Shown piece by piece: positions 39,250 to 48,645 of a stretch of 54,125 nt of DNA; within the stretch, counting starts at the first letter, position 1, and every line of letters starts with the position of its first letter. The position numbers were made by a program, and so were the translations under genes. Source of the DNA: a virus (lineage: Duplodnaviria; Caudoviricetes); IMG/VR virus record IMGVR_UViG_3300048834_001323, positions 1 to 54,125 of that record. One strand, given 5' to 3'. The notes beneath the pieces were generated by a model, which was not told the DNA's origin, searched no databases, and worked only from the letters and a program-made list of their open reading frames with translations.

Positions 39250-39822
39250 TTAGTAAACATCATTCTTTCGATCCTGCTTTCTATTCATGTCGTTGTTCCA
39301 TCCCGGCACCGTATAAAGATAGGGTGCCAAATTCTTGGGTAAATATAACGGATGACCCGGATACCCTTCTTTGGTCACATGAAGGCAATGCAAGAGCGGG
39401 AATAAACGCACAATCTCTTTGTCGCGCCCCATGTGTCCACCATCCGCGCCCCACCCTGCCACAATCACCGGACACTGCTTTGCCATCTTAATCAGGTGCT
39501 TGTCGTTGTCGGGGCCAATGGGATCAAACTCGACCTTCATGCGCGCTGGCAGCGTAGCCCGAAACGCAAAGATGTTGCCCATGTATAAGCCGCCTGCGCC
39601 CCAGTCCATCGCAAAGTTGATGATACGGCTAATGGTCGGGTCGTTTTGGGCATGGTCTGCGGAACTGGGGTTGAGGCCAAAAAAAAGTAAAGGCGATAAA
39701 TCCTCATTCCATATCCTTTTCAGCGTGTAGCGATATTTTTCGCAGGGAGAAAACTCGGCCTCGCTATACATCTCGACCATCTCCCCGTCGTGATTGAACG
39801 TCATTGTGGCTGATTTTTTCAA
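39250..39822 (-). CDS. DUF1643 family protein
   Basis: YRYTLKRIW, GLNPSSAD..DPTI, NIFAFRAT, GWG, HPLY. Confidence 0.85.
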   Translation of the reverse strand: MKKSATMTFNHDGEMVEMYSEAEFSPCEKYRYTLKRIWNEDLSPLLFFGLNPSSADHAQNDPTISRIINFAMDWGAGGLYMGNIFAFRATLPARMKVEFDPIGPDNDKHLIKMAKQCPVIVAGWGADGGHMGRDKEIVRLFPLLHCLHVTKEGYPGHPLYLPKNLAPYLYTVPGWNNDMNRKQDRKNDVY

Positions 39823-40043
39823 AACGCCTCCTCCATCAATTTCCAGTTGATGATTTCCACTTCGACTAATTTGGCATCCACCCCGACACGATCTCCTTCT
39901 AAGGAAGCTATTTGATCCTTGACTTCTTCCAACTGGTCGAAATCGGATAGCCGGAAATTTTCGTCAAAGTCGAGTATTGTGGAAGAAATGCTCTTCGCCT
40001 TTCTGTTGATATGACATTGATACGACACAAAGTATTTACGCAT
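39819..40043 (-). CDS. Hypothetical protein
   Basis: GGAGG RBS; coupled to the next gene. Confidence 0.6.
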   Translation of the reverse strand: MRKYFVSYQCHINRKAKSISSTILDFDENFRLSDFDQLEEVKDQIASLEGDRVGVDAKLVEVEIINWKLMEEAF

Positions 40044-40121
40044 TATCCTCCTAAGACGACGCTGAAAAAGTATCCGAGCAGTCCGAATAGAACGCCGTAG
40101 AATACAGCTAATTGGAAGGCA

Positions 40122-40673
40122 TCAGTGTTGAGTATGTGTTTCATTCTTCTCCTTTGGTTTATTCTTCATATAAAACCGAATCCCTTCCATCATCAATTCC
40201 TTTTCATGGAAGCCCGAAGGAGTAGAATGAAACGATTCAGGTATTTCAATCGTAATCATTCGGCGCGTCAACACATCGGGCAGATGATTGAACAAAGCGG
40301 TGATGATAAAATGGGTTTTACTGGTGTCTATCACGACTTCTTCATCGGTGTATAAGGCGCGATGATTGATGTTGCCTAAAGCAATGGCCCTTGTAATAAC
40401 CTCCGACATACTCCCCGTCACTCGCGGCAAACCATCGTAGGTTAGCGTGTCGAATTGGCGCATTGCGGAAATCATTTCCGATTCTTTCCATGAGTGGAAG
40501 ATAATCATTGGCTTGTTGTCGAGTATTTCATTGATGGCCGAAGCCATAATGGTTTTTCCGACTCCCTGCTGTCCTATAATAAGCAATCCTCGTGGGGCAT
40601 CAGATACTCGGCCAGCACGCCTATCCAGCACCCCGTCGCAAAACAAAGCTGCTTTCTGGTAGATGTTCAACAT
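40122..40673 (-). CDS. Stand-alone P-loop ATPase resembling the primase helicase domain
   Basis: LLIIGQQGVGKT, TYDGL, RALYTDEE, TRR. Confidence 0.65.
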   Translation of the reverse strand: MLNIYQKAALFCDGVLDRRAGRVSDAPRGLLIIGQQGVGKTIMASAINEILDNKPMIIFHSWKESEMISAMRQFDTLTYDGLPRVTGSMSEVITRAIALGNINHRALYTDEEVVIDTSKTHFIITALFNHLPDVLTRRMITIEIPESFHSTPSGFHEKELMMEGIRFYMKNKPKEKNETHTQH

Positions 40674-40678
40674 ATAAA

Positions 40679-41065
40679 TTATCCGCCTCCGGGCCTGATG
40701 ATTTTTTTAACAAGCGGCGTTTCAATGACAACCTCTTCGCCGGTCGCAACATTCTGAGCCTTAAAAATCATGCCTTCTTTATTTTCTAATGCGATGGCCG
40801 TGAGGGTGATAAGTTGTCCAAGAAGCTCCATGCTGTTGCAATGCTGCTTGGAGCCTTTGCCCGTCGATCTCGATTTGATGCTAATGACCCATTGATTAGC
40901 CGGATCGTTATCAAACTTTTCGTTCGGAACGGCCAGGACAATTAAATTCACAGTCTCGGCAGACGGCGTGACTTCTTTCAATTCCTTCAAAGAAGAAGGA
41001 GCAGTCTCTTCAGACCGCTCCTCTTTTGTGTCTTCGATGAAGAATCCTGGAGTATCTCTTTCCAT
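40679..41065 (-). CDS. Hypothetical protein
   Basis: AAGGA RBS before MERD. Confidence 0.6.
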   Translation of the reverse strand: MERDTPGFFIEDTKEERSEETAPSSLKELKEVTPSAETVNLIVLAVPNEKFDNDPANQWVISIKSRSTGKGSKQHCNSMELLGQLITLTAIALENKEGMIFKAQNVATGEEVVIETPLVKKIIRPGGG

Positions 41066-41084
41066 GTTGATTCCTTTTTTGTTT

Positions 41085-41651
41085 TTATAATTGAGCGGCA
41101 ACGTCTTGCTGGAGCGATTCGCGCCGCTTGGCGGTTTGCTTCATCACCTTACGGCCTTCGCCCGTCACGCTGTAATACGTCACGCCTTTGCCGCCCTGCA
41201 TCGACTTGGCCTGACCACGCGCTGACTTGATGAAGCCGCGCGACTGCAAGCGAGACAGGCAAGCGTATAAAGCGCCCGTAGCGATGGGGAAGCCGATCTT
41301 ATTGAGTTCTTCCTTGATCGCCACGCCATAAGCGTCTTTTTGGAGTTTGTCGGAGGCCATCATCGCCAGTTCTTCGGTCGTGTTGATGACCATGAGACTG
41401 CGGGATGGAGGCGCGATGGTTTCTTCTTTTTTATCGACGACTGGCTTTGGATCGACCGGAGCGGCCTTGATCGGCTCGGCCTTTGGCTCGGCCTTTGGCT
41501 TCGGCGCTGATACCGCTTTCTTGGCCTCGACCGGCTTCTTGGTAGCCGGAGCTTTAGCTGCGGCCTTCGCAGCGATAACTTTCTTTTCTTTGGGCGCGGC
41601 TTTCGGTTTTGCTGCGACTTTTGCTTTCTTGACTTTTTCTTGATCTGACAT
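41085..41651 (-). CDS. PadR-like winged helix protein with K/A/P-rich N-terminus
   Basis: AYGVAIKEEL..GALYACLSRLQSRGFI..YYSVTGEG. Confidence 0.8.
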   Translation of the reverse strand: MSDQEKVKKAKVAAKPKAAPKEKKVIAAKAAAKAPATKKPVEAKKAVSAPKPKAEPKAEPIKAAPVDPKPVVDKKEETIAPPSRSLMVINTTEELAMMASDKLQKDAYGVAIKEELNKIGFPIATGALYACLSRLQSRGFIKSARGQAKSMQGGKGVTYYSVTGEGRKVMKQTAKRRESLQQDVAAQL

Positions 41652-41687
41652 AATAAGTAATTCTCCTTTGGTGTTTCTTGAATGATG

Positions 41688-41716
41688 AATTTAATATAAC
41701 GAGATGATTTTGTCAA
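41688..41716 (-). promoter_or_regulatory. Sigma70-type promoter
   Basis: TTGACA-17 nt-TAAATT upstream of 41651. Confidence 0.5.
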
Positions 41717-42019
41717 TCAAATTTTACGACGCGCTTGCTGGCGGTTGTTTGCGGCCAAAGAAAGGGCTTCCGATCCGGCCTGCGTAATGGCGAATAATGA
41801 GACGTTGCTCTTGCCGCGAATCGCCTTGATCTTGACTTTTGACTTTGAGACCAATCCCTTCTTCTCCATTCGATTGGCGGCAATATAAAACTGCCCGTCA
41901 TTGGCGCTGATGCCGATGTCTTCGATCAACTCCTTGCACTCCGTCCCGGTAAGGGGGCCACGCGCCTGAAGTATCAAGAGAATGATTTCTTCGGCTGGCC
42001 CTAAAAAGTTATTTTTCAT
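41717..42019 (-). CDS. PadR-like winged helix protein
   Basis: LGPAEEIILLIL..GQFY..RMEKKGLV..FAITQAG. Confidence 0.75.
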   Translation of the reverse strand: MKNNFLGPAEEIILLILQARGPLTGTECKELIEDIGISANDGQFYIAANRMEKKGLVSKSKVKIKAIRGKSNVSLFAITQAGSEALSLAANNRQQARRKI

Positions 42020-42282
42020 GTTGCGTTGTTGACTTTCAATCCTTTGGTGTGGCCGTCTCTATAAGAAACATAGCCATGAATGATTTTGTCTTCTTCGTCG
42101 GTTACGGTAATCAGCGTGTAACCCAAACTCTGATGGCTCGGAGATGGGTATTTCCTGATCGCTTCTTTGGCCGTTTTAATGGCCGCTGGCAACTTGTGTT
42201 TGATGATGCAATCGACCGGCGTTCTCTTATGCGGTGTCGAGCCTTTGAAGATGTGCGTGATGGTGATCGCATACATACTCAT
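42016..42282 (-). CDS. Hypothetical protein
   Basis: GAGGA RBS; ATGA coupling. Confidence 0.55.
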   Translation of the reverse strand: MSMYAITITHIFKGSTPHKRTPVDCIIKHKLPAAIKTAKEAIRKYPSPSHQSLGYTLITVTDEEDKIIHGYVSYRDGHTKGLKVNNAT

Positions 42283-42387
42283 ATCCTCTTCGCCACCTTT
42301 TTCCCCACCTCGTAGAAAAATACGAATACGATGATAAATAAAATGATTCCCATGCTGTGTAAACCTCCGGTTATCGTGTAACTCCTT

Positions 42388-42831
42388 TTACTCTTCGCCG
42401 TCTTTAGCGAAAAGATCAATTTCTCCGTTCCAAAACAGCGCGCCATCGACCGGCTTTTCATTCTTACCCGTCACTAAGCCGTGTTCCAGATCGGCATCAT
42501 ATAAACGCCTTCGTCTTTCTTGCGCGCTATCATGTTGCATTTGGATGATGCGCCCTGCTTTCATATAAAGAGGACTACACGCCTTGTAGCGCGCCAGTTT
42601 CGGAGCGCTGAGGTATGACCATGTATAACGCGGAAAGTCTTCAGGGTGCATGGATAATCGGTGTTGCTGGCGTGCCTTGTGCTTGGCGACGGCTGCCCTG
42701 ATGTCGTCGGCTTCGGGCTTCTTGAGGCGCTTGATGCCAATGATGAATTTGATTTGACTGGCGGCAACTTTATAAGAGTGAAACCATTGCCATTGCCATT
42801 TTTGACCGCTTTTAGGTTTGAGTATTTTCAC
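42388..42831 (-). CDS. Hypothetical basic protein
   Basis: AAGGA RBS, GTG start; operon context. Confidence 0.55.
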   Translation of the reverse strand: MKILKPKSGQKWQWQWFHSYKVAASQIKFIIGIKRLKKPEADDIRAAVAKHKARQQHRLSMHPEDFPRYTWSYLSAPKLARYKACSPLYMKAGRIIQMQHDSAQERRRRLYDADLEHGLVTGKNEKPVDGALFWNGEIDLFAKDGEE

Positions 42832-43540
42832 AGTTAATCCTTTGGAGGTAAATCTTCTCTATCTTTTCGGTCATCGCGCGATACTTCCAATCCATATTCA
42901 ATGGATGGCAATATAAGGAGCAATGCTGCGATAAATGGTGATCCTTATACAGGTATAAGGCGCGATGTTTTGGATGATGCTCTTGAAAGTAACGATCCAT
43001 CGCCGCTTGCTGACCGCGCGCCACATACTCAGCTACTTTTCTTGGCCGCAATCCATTTGCCTCCATATAAATAGAGAAGATCAATTTTCCTCCCGAATTA
43101 GGAGCGTCCAAAGAAAGCCCTGCGTTGAATTGCTCGTATTCTTTAGCCATGCGCGCCTCTTCATTGCAGAAACATTCGTGGCACACTTTGAGTAAGCGGT
43201 TCTTGCCTGGAGTTGTGATGGCGTTTTTGTGTTCGGTCGTGGCGTTGCATAGCTCACAGTTAAAGAAGTCATCATTTACATCGGGATTGACGGGAACGCC
43301 CAAACCCCGACCGCCAAATTCTTCTTCGACGATATAATGGCGCACTGTAATCATGTCCAATACTCCGAATAGCTTCTTTACGACCTTCAAGGCAAACATC
43401 ACGGAGTCGCTTGTATAAAACTCATCGAAGACGTTGTTATAAGCCGTTAATTCATCTTCTGTTAATTCGATGTCGGACACGTCGCATTGTGATGGATTTT
43501 GAAGCCATTGGTCGCGCTGTTCTTGAGTTGTTTTTTGCAT
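42812..43540 (-). CDS. Hypothetical protein with CxxC..CxxC Zn-finger
   Basis: CELC..CHEC; AAGGA RBS. Confidence 0.6.
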   Translation of the reverse strand: MQKTTQEQRDQWLQNPSQCDVSDIELTEDELTAYNNVFDEFYTSDSVMFALKVVKKLFGVLDMITVRHYIVEEEFGGRGLGVPVNPDVNDDFFNCELCNATTEHKNAITTPGKNRLLKVCHECFCNEEARMAKEYEQFNAGLSLDAPNSGGKLIFSIYMEANGLRPRKVAEYVARGQQAAMDRYFQEHHPKHRALYLYKDHHLSQHCSLYCHPLNMDWKYRAMTEKIEKIYLQRINCENTQT

Positions 43541-43571
43541 TTTATTCCTTTAATACTAAATTATGTTTAGC

Positions 43572-44444
43572 TTAATCAGCGGTCGGTCGGGCGAAACCAT
43601 GCTTTAATACTCTTTTGCCTGCCGCAACACGCCAAACCTTGTTTTTTCCACTGGCCCTAACCGTTGGATGTTCGCCTTCGCTATGGCGTATGCTGGCGGG
43701 GCCGGTGACGTAATACTCAACCGGACTAAAATACTCGCGTTCTCCGATTTGAATAAAGCCTCGATTCTTGGCCGCTTCACTTCTTTCTTCTTCTCCCATC
43801 ATCGCCAGTTTGTCGACAAAGCTATAAGGCTTTCCGGCTCCAGTGCCATAAGAAACAGTTTTTGGCTCCATCGGAACGATATAAGTGTTTCCGGTTGCCC
43901 AAAGCTGACCGCCTTTAAGTGCGCGAACGTGATGTGTTTCACGGATTGTTACCATATTTTCGGTAATTTCTCGCGCGTCTTCAGGAAGTTTTTTGACAGG
44001 TATAAACGCCACGTCGCCATTGCGGATAATCCCTGAAAGCTCGCGTTCTTTTACGCCCCAGATTTTACAAAGTGCCATGCGTATTCCCGCCGTAGGATCG
44101 TCGCTTGTCATTTTACCCGCCGCGCGAACGTCGCAAGGATGCGCGAATGGTTCGCCGTTTTCCACGCGGCCAATCAGGAAGTAATCTTTTTTGACTTGAT
44201 TGAATCTGCGCGGATGAAAAATACACTGCCTGACTTGTATAACAGCCAATTCCTGTAATTCATCATAGGCATATAAAGCAACATTAACCGCGCTGCCTCG
44301 TTGTTTTCTGTCGCTTTCGATGCCTAATTCATAGGCTTCGCCATCTAATTCTTCAATGAGCTTTTTGACAAATTCTGGAGTGCAGCTTTCACGGATTGCG
44401 CCCCAGTCATTGCGTGTTACTACTGTCTGATTTAATGTATCCAT
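43572..44444 (-). CDS. Hypothetical phage protein
   Basis: AAGGAG RBS before MDTLNQ; RNGDVAF..HH..H.EH motifs. Confidence 0.65.
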   Translation of the reverse strand: MDTLNQTVVTRNDWGAIRESCTPEFVKKLIEELDGEAYELGIESDRKQRGSAVNVALYAYDELQELAVIQVRQCIFHPRRFNQVKKDYFLIGRVENGEPFAHPCDVRAAGKMTSDDPTAGIRMALCKIWGVKERELSGIIRNGDVAFIPVKKLPEDAREITENMVTIRETHHVRALKGGQLWATGNTYIVPMEPKTVSYGTGAGKPYSFVDKLAMMGEEERSEAAKNRGFIQIGEREYFSPVEYYVTGPASIRHSEGEHPTVRASGKNKVWRVAAGKRVLKHGFARPTAD

Positions 44445-44481
44445 TGTAATCTCCTTACTCCTAAATAATTTTCCCTGCGTT

Positions 44482-45045
44482 TCAATCGCCATAAATAAAA
44501 CCGTCATCGCCTTTATAAAGGCTGATTGTCGGAAATGCGTGGGAGGCATCGGTGAGTTTTTCGGCGTTAAGGTCGCCATATACTCCGGTTTCCCGATCCC
44601 AAAATCCACTTCCATGCCCATTTCTCGTAAGAAGAAAATCATACCCTGCCTGAGCGAGTTGCCTGTCTGTAAAGCACAGTTCTAACAGATGAGCGTTATA
44701 AAACCGCGCGCAATCAATGCGCGCTGATTCGATGAAAGATTCGGCAATCTCGGCGTCATCCCACTCTTCGCTTTCGTCATCTTCTGCCCACATCGCACAT
44801 TCCATATAAGCGTCATAAAAGACTTCAAAGGAGTGTTCAGTTTTCTCCAGCAAAGCCTTGATAGCATATAAGGACGCCAACTCTTTGCCGTCTAACGTGT
44901 CCATATAAAGGCGTTCGGCTTCGGCTTCGGCTTCGATGACTTCGCTCCAGTATTGCGGCGGCGGTCGCCATGATTCATTCATCACAAACTCTTGGCGCAA
45001 TTCTTCCAACTCTTCGATTCGATCCTGCAATTCGTTTTTTGTCAT
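44482..45045 (-). CDS. Acidic early protein
   Basis: AGYDFLLTRNGHGSGFWDR..GDDG.IY motif; preceded by the conserved leader. Confidence 0.7.
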   Translation of the reverse strand: MTKNELQDRIEELEELRQEFVMNESWRPPPQYWSEVIEAEAEAERLYMDTLDGKELASLYAIKALLEKTEHSFEVFYDAYMECAMWAEDDESEEWDDAEIAESFIESARIDCARFYNAHLLELCFTDRQLAQAGYDFLLTRNGHGSGFWDRETGVYGDLNAEKLTDASHAFPTISLYKGDDGFIYGD

Positions 45046-45066
45046 GTTGTTACCTTGTAAATTAGA

Positions 45067-45249
45067 TTAGCTGCGCTTAAAGCGGAGCTTATTTTGATTG
45101 ACTTTGTAGCGGCCAAAAGGAAGTGTCTTACTTCCAGTTATAATACTGCTTGCGCTTGAAATTTCCCGCTTTTCGTCGCAGCAGTCGCAAATGTTCAGCG
45201 ATGCTGAGTTTCTTCTTACTTGTCTTGTAAGGATTGATCTTGCCGTCAT
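45067..45249 (-). CDS. Small basic protein with CxxC
   Basis: ATGA coupling with the upstream gene; ICDCC. Confidence 0.45.
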   Translation of the reverse strand: MTARSILTRQVRRNSASLNICDCCDEKREISSASSIITGSKTLPFGRYKVNQNKLRFKRS

Positions 45250-45527
45250 TCTTGCGCTCCAATTCCTCGCCAGCAATTCGTGTTTTCTTGTTTGCCATAC
45301 TTTGTAAACCTCCAAGACTTTTGGAACCACCTGCGGCCTATCACTTCGATTTTATAAGGAACCGTTACGCCGTCAATCGTTTTAGGTGATAACTCTTCGA
45401 TTATCTTTAATCGTGCTGCTTCATAATCAAAGCCAATAGTAATCCCCATATTCAATACTTCAGGAGTTTTGTTAAGACGCGATAACTTCAAAATTCCTAC
45501 AATTTCTTGTTGTGTTTTAATGTCCAT
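45246..45527 (-). CDS. Hypothetical early protein
   Basis: AGGAAAGTAA leader. Confidence 0.6.
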   Translation of the reverse strand: MDIKTQQEIVGILKLSRLNKTPEVLNMGITIGFDYEAARLKIIEELSPKTIDGVTVPYKIEVIGRRWFQKSWRFTKYGKQENTNCWRGIGAQE

Positions 45528-45589
45528 TGTTTTACTTTCCTATAGGTTTATAAACCTGCCTTGCGGCTAAATAAGTTTGTTGTGACGCT

Positions 45590-46006
45590 TTACCATTCCG
45601 AATCTAATACGACGCTACCACTTTCCAACATTCGATCAATCTCGGATATAACACAATAACCGCGCCATCCATAAACTTCCTCGCATGATATAAGCTCGCC
45701 GTTATCGTCACGATCCGCAGTCATTGTATAAATGGTGCAATCGGTTAGTGCGCCAACTTCCTCAGGTCTTACAGTTTCAAGCGAAGAGTTTGCCCAATGT
45801 TCTTCTAATAGCGACCAAAGAAGATTATCATCATTTTGCCACATTGACGGGTGCCGTTTATAAGTCGCTTTTTCCTCAGCGATGTATCGGCGTCCTTTTC
45901 CTTTCAATACAATAATCATGCGTTGCTTATTGTAGAGAATTGTGGTGAGCTTGCCGCGCATTATTGTATAATCGGCGTTTTGTGTTGGATTCTTTTCTTT
46001 GTGCAT
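45590..46006 (-). CDS. Hypothetical early protein
   Basis: AGGAAGTAA leader; follows palindrome copy 1. Confidence 0.65.
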   Translation of the reverse strand: MHKEKNPTQNADYTIMRGKLTTILYNKQRMIIVLKGKGRRYIAEEKATYKRHPSMWQNDDNLLWSLLEEHWANSSLETVRPEEVGALTDCTIYTMTADRDDNGELISCEEVYGWRGYCVISEIDRMLESGSVVLDSEW

Positions 46007-46060
46007 TTTGTTACTTCCTATTGCCTAAAGGCACGCCTAAAGGCTAAATTAGATTTTGAG

Positions 46061-46127
46061 TTCTAACACTCACTGCAACGGCGCGCCATTATAAGCAATG
46101 GCGCGCCGCTGAGTGTGAAAGTTAGGT
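46061..46127. repeat. Intergenic attC-like imperfect palindrome, copy 1
   Basis: TTCTAACACTCACTGCAACGGCGCGCC-N12-GGCGCGCCGCTGAGTGTGAAAGTTAGGT. Confidence 0.85.
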
Positions 46128-46136
46128 ATAAGGCGA

Positions 46137-46988
46137 TTAATCTTCTAATGCTATGCAAGCGCATAAAGGAATAGGATAATTACATCCTTTGCACTTTTCG
46201 ACTTTTGCTTTATGACGCCGATTATAGCGCGTCTTTGCCTTATAAGACGATTGATTATCGCCTTTCCAATTATCCGCATTGATGCCGCCATATTCGCGCC
46301 GCGCGATATAATTTTGCAGCTTCGCACTTTTGGAGCTATGATCCGGCGCGCCATATTTTTGATTGATGACGGTATAACCGGCCTTTTCTAATTGGCAAAC
46401 TACTTCCATAGCAATATCGCGCATTGATTCTTTGATATAAGAATCGCGGCAATCTTCAAAAGTATCAGACTCATAAACGTCTTCTGATTCAAAGCCCCAA
46501 CATGAATGGCTATAAGTTTCGCCGTCTTCATCTTCATAATCGCACACGATGCCAAAACATGAGACGCGATCCGTATAAACTTTTTTGATATAAGCGATAG
46601 TTGTTTGGATGTTGGCGGCTATGTTTTCCGCTTGCACTTGCTTGCTCGCGCCCTTATTCCAACCATTGCCCCAATCATCTTTTTTGGCCTTGTCTTTGTC
46701 TATAAGGATAATGGAATATTCGCGCCAACCATCACGCCAAAAATATCCGCGCGCGTCTTCTAATGATTCGCGCAAACTTTCGTTATAAGAGTATGAATAC
46801 TCTTCTTTAGTTGCCGCAAACTTATCGGCGCTGATAACTTCATGTTCATACCCATCATAATCAAACCACTTATAATCCTCATCATGCTCCAGCTTGACAT
46901 TGGCTAAAATGTCTTTGAAGTCAATTATTGCATTGACTTCTTTGGTAATGATCAGCTTGTCTTCTTTGCGTTCCGTTGTTGTGTTCAT
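46137..46988 (-). CDS. Hypothetical early protein (D/E/Y-rich)
   Basis: 283 aa; AGGAAGTAA leader; SCWGF motif. Confidence 0.7.
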   Translation of the reverse strand: MNTTTERKEDKLIITKEVNAIIDFKDILANVKLEHDEDYKWFDYDGYEHEVISADKFAATKEEYSYSYNESLRESLEDARGYFWRDGWREYSIILIDKDKAKKDDWGNGWNKGASKQVQAENIAANIQTTIAYIKKVYTDRVSCFGIVCDYEDEDGETYSHSCWGFESEDVYESDTFEDCRDSYIKESMRDIAMEVVCQLEKAGYTVINQKYGAPDHSSKSAKLQNYIARREYGGINADNWKGDNQSSYKAKTRYNRRHKAKVEKCKGCNYPIPLCACIALED

Positions 46989-47067
46989 TGTCTTACTTCC
47001 TATAAGTAAAATTTTTGTGTCTTACTTCTTACTTCTTACAACTTGCGACCAAAAGAAAAGGCGCGCC

Positions 47068-47343
47068 TATAACTGCGACAGCGGCGCGCCAATAACTGCG
47101 ACAGCGGCGCGCCTATAACTGCGACAGCGGCGCGCCAATAACTGCGACAGCGGCGCGCCAATAACTGCGACAGCGGCGCGCCTATAACTGCGACAGCGGC
47201 GCGCCAATAACTGCGACAGCGGCGCGCCTATAACTGCGACAGCGGCGCGCCTATAACTGCGACAGCGGCGCGCCAATAACTGCGACAGCGGCGCGCCAAT
47301 AACTGCGACAGCGGCGCGCCAATAACTGCGACAGCGGCGCGCC
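47068..47343. repeat. Tandem array, 12 x 23 bp
   Basis: (A/T)ATAACTGCGACAGCGGCGCGCC; only the first base varies. Confidence 0.95.
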
Positions 47344-47356
47344 TATATAACTTCCT

Positions 47357-47767
47357 TTAGCTTGCGAGATAATAATACTCTTGACCTTTATAAGTGATTG
47401 ACGAATAATCATGCAGCAACTCTTTTGCGGCATACTCCCAATCAATACAATAAAAAGGCCATTGATTAGAGTTTGGCATCCCGCAAGTATCTTCCGCTAA
47501 TTCCTGAGCATACTCTTCAAAGTCATCTTCTAAAATCAATGTGACGCCGTGTATAAACTCACTGCCAATCTCTTCAGCGATTGATTCTAATTCCTTTAAC
47601 TCTTCGCCGTCTTTGCTGCTATTCCAGGCCGTTAAAAAGTCTTCGCACTCTTCGCACTCTTCGCAACTATCGCACTCTTCGCGCTCGTCATTCAAGGCAT
47701 CTTCGCGCAAACTTTCTAACTCTTCGATCCGTTCTTTTAATTCTCTTGTGTCAATTCGTGCGTCCAT
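47357..47767 (-). CDS. Highly acidic protein, ArdA-like antirestriction/DNA-mimic candidate
   Basis: Very D/E-rich; FEEYAQELAED..CIDWEYAAKEL..DY resembles the ArdA C-terminal region. Confidence 0.55.
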   Translation of the reverse strand: MDARIDTRELKERIEELESLREDALNDEREECDSCEECEECEDFLTAWNSSKDGEELKELESIAEEIGSEFIHGVTLILEDDFEEYAQELAEDTCGMPNSNQWPFYCIDWEYAAKELLHDYSSITYKGQEYYYLAS

Positions 47768-47809
47768 TGATTTTACTTCCTATAAATAAGATTTGAGTTG
47801 TAAGCGATT

Positions 47810-47877
47810 AGCTAACACTCACGGCAACGGCGCGCCAATATCATATAAAGGCGCGCCGCTGAGTGTGAAAGTTAGTT
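47810..47877. repeat. Intergenic attC-like imperfect palindrome, copy 2
   Basis: AGCTAACACTCACGGCAACGGCGCGCC-N13-GGCGCGCCGCTGAGTGTGAAAGTTAGTT. Confidence 0.85.
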
Positions 47878-47948
47878 TATGGCCTATGGCCTGTAAAGCA
47901 TAAAACGATTCGCGCTATAGTGACTTTGCGCGCTGATATTAAAATGGT

Positions 47949-48611
47949 TTAGCTTGCTAAGTTTGGCGCGCTATCCATTGATTCGACTAATGATTCAATG
48001 TCTACCCAGTAATCAGTGCCGTTTTGATTCTCAAAGTAAACATTTTCGGATTCCATAGCGGCCAAAAGAAGAGAATAGACTTCGCTATCTTCTTTTTGGT
48101 TAAGTTCCTCTTCGCGCTCAGGAAACTTTTTGACAAGCGCGCTAATAAAATCTTCTTTTATATAGCCATTAGTGAAACTTTCATATTGCCATTTTAATTC
48201 TAATTCGCTATGCAAATCTTCATCACATAATGGGTAATCGCACAACTTTTGAAGCAATTCGATCAATTCGTTAGACTCTTCAGTATTGGCGGTTAAAAAA
48301 TCAATACCGATATAAACCGATTCACCGCCATAGCTCCAATTTTCAATCAGAATTGATTCATTATCAGCATAATCACGCTTGAAAAATTCCACGTTTGCGG
48401 CTTGCACACTGCCGTTATGGTAGTCTGAGAATGAGAGAATGTCTAACGCGATATAATCGCCAGCTTGCAATTCGTTTGCACTTTCCACGCGATCATACTT
48501 TGAATAAAGGCCTTCGCGCATAATGTCACACTTTAAGGCCGTTTTACCTGTTACCAATTCCGTTAAAAAATTGGCGTGCTCTGTTGTGAGTTGACTAAAC
48601 ATTTTTTGCAT
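47949..48611 (-). CDS. Acidic early protein
   Basis: 220 aa; SDY..AN..LCDYPLCDEDLHSELE; conserved leader. Confidence 0.7.
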   Translation of the reverse strand: MQKMFSQLTTEHANFLTELVTGKTALKCDIMREGLYSKYDRVESANELQAGDYIALDILSFSDYHNGSVQAANVEFFKRDYADNESILIENWSYGGESVYIGIDFLTANTEESNELIELLQKLCDYPLCDEDLHSELELKWQYESFTNGYIKEDFISALVKKFPEREEELNQKEDSEVYSLLLAAMESENVYFENQNGTDYWVDIESLVESMDSAPNLAS

Positions 48612-48645
48612 TTTTCTTACTTCCTGTAAATTAGATTTAAGTGTT

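Noticed and set aside
47068-47343. CRISPR array interpretation of the 23-bp repeats (also 49990-50104)
   Set aside because: Units are directly abutting with no unique spacers, and no cas genes are present
47067-47445. ORFs 47067-47276 and 47251-47445 (-), and 50088-50402 (+)
   Set aside because: Translations of tandem repeats or iteron DNA; no RBS or protein-like composition
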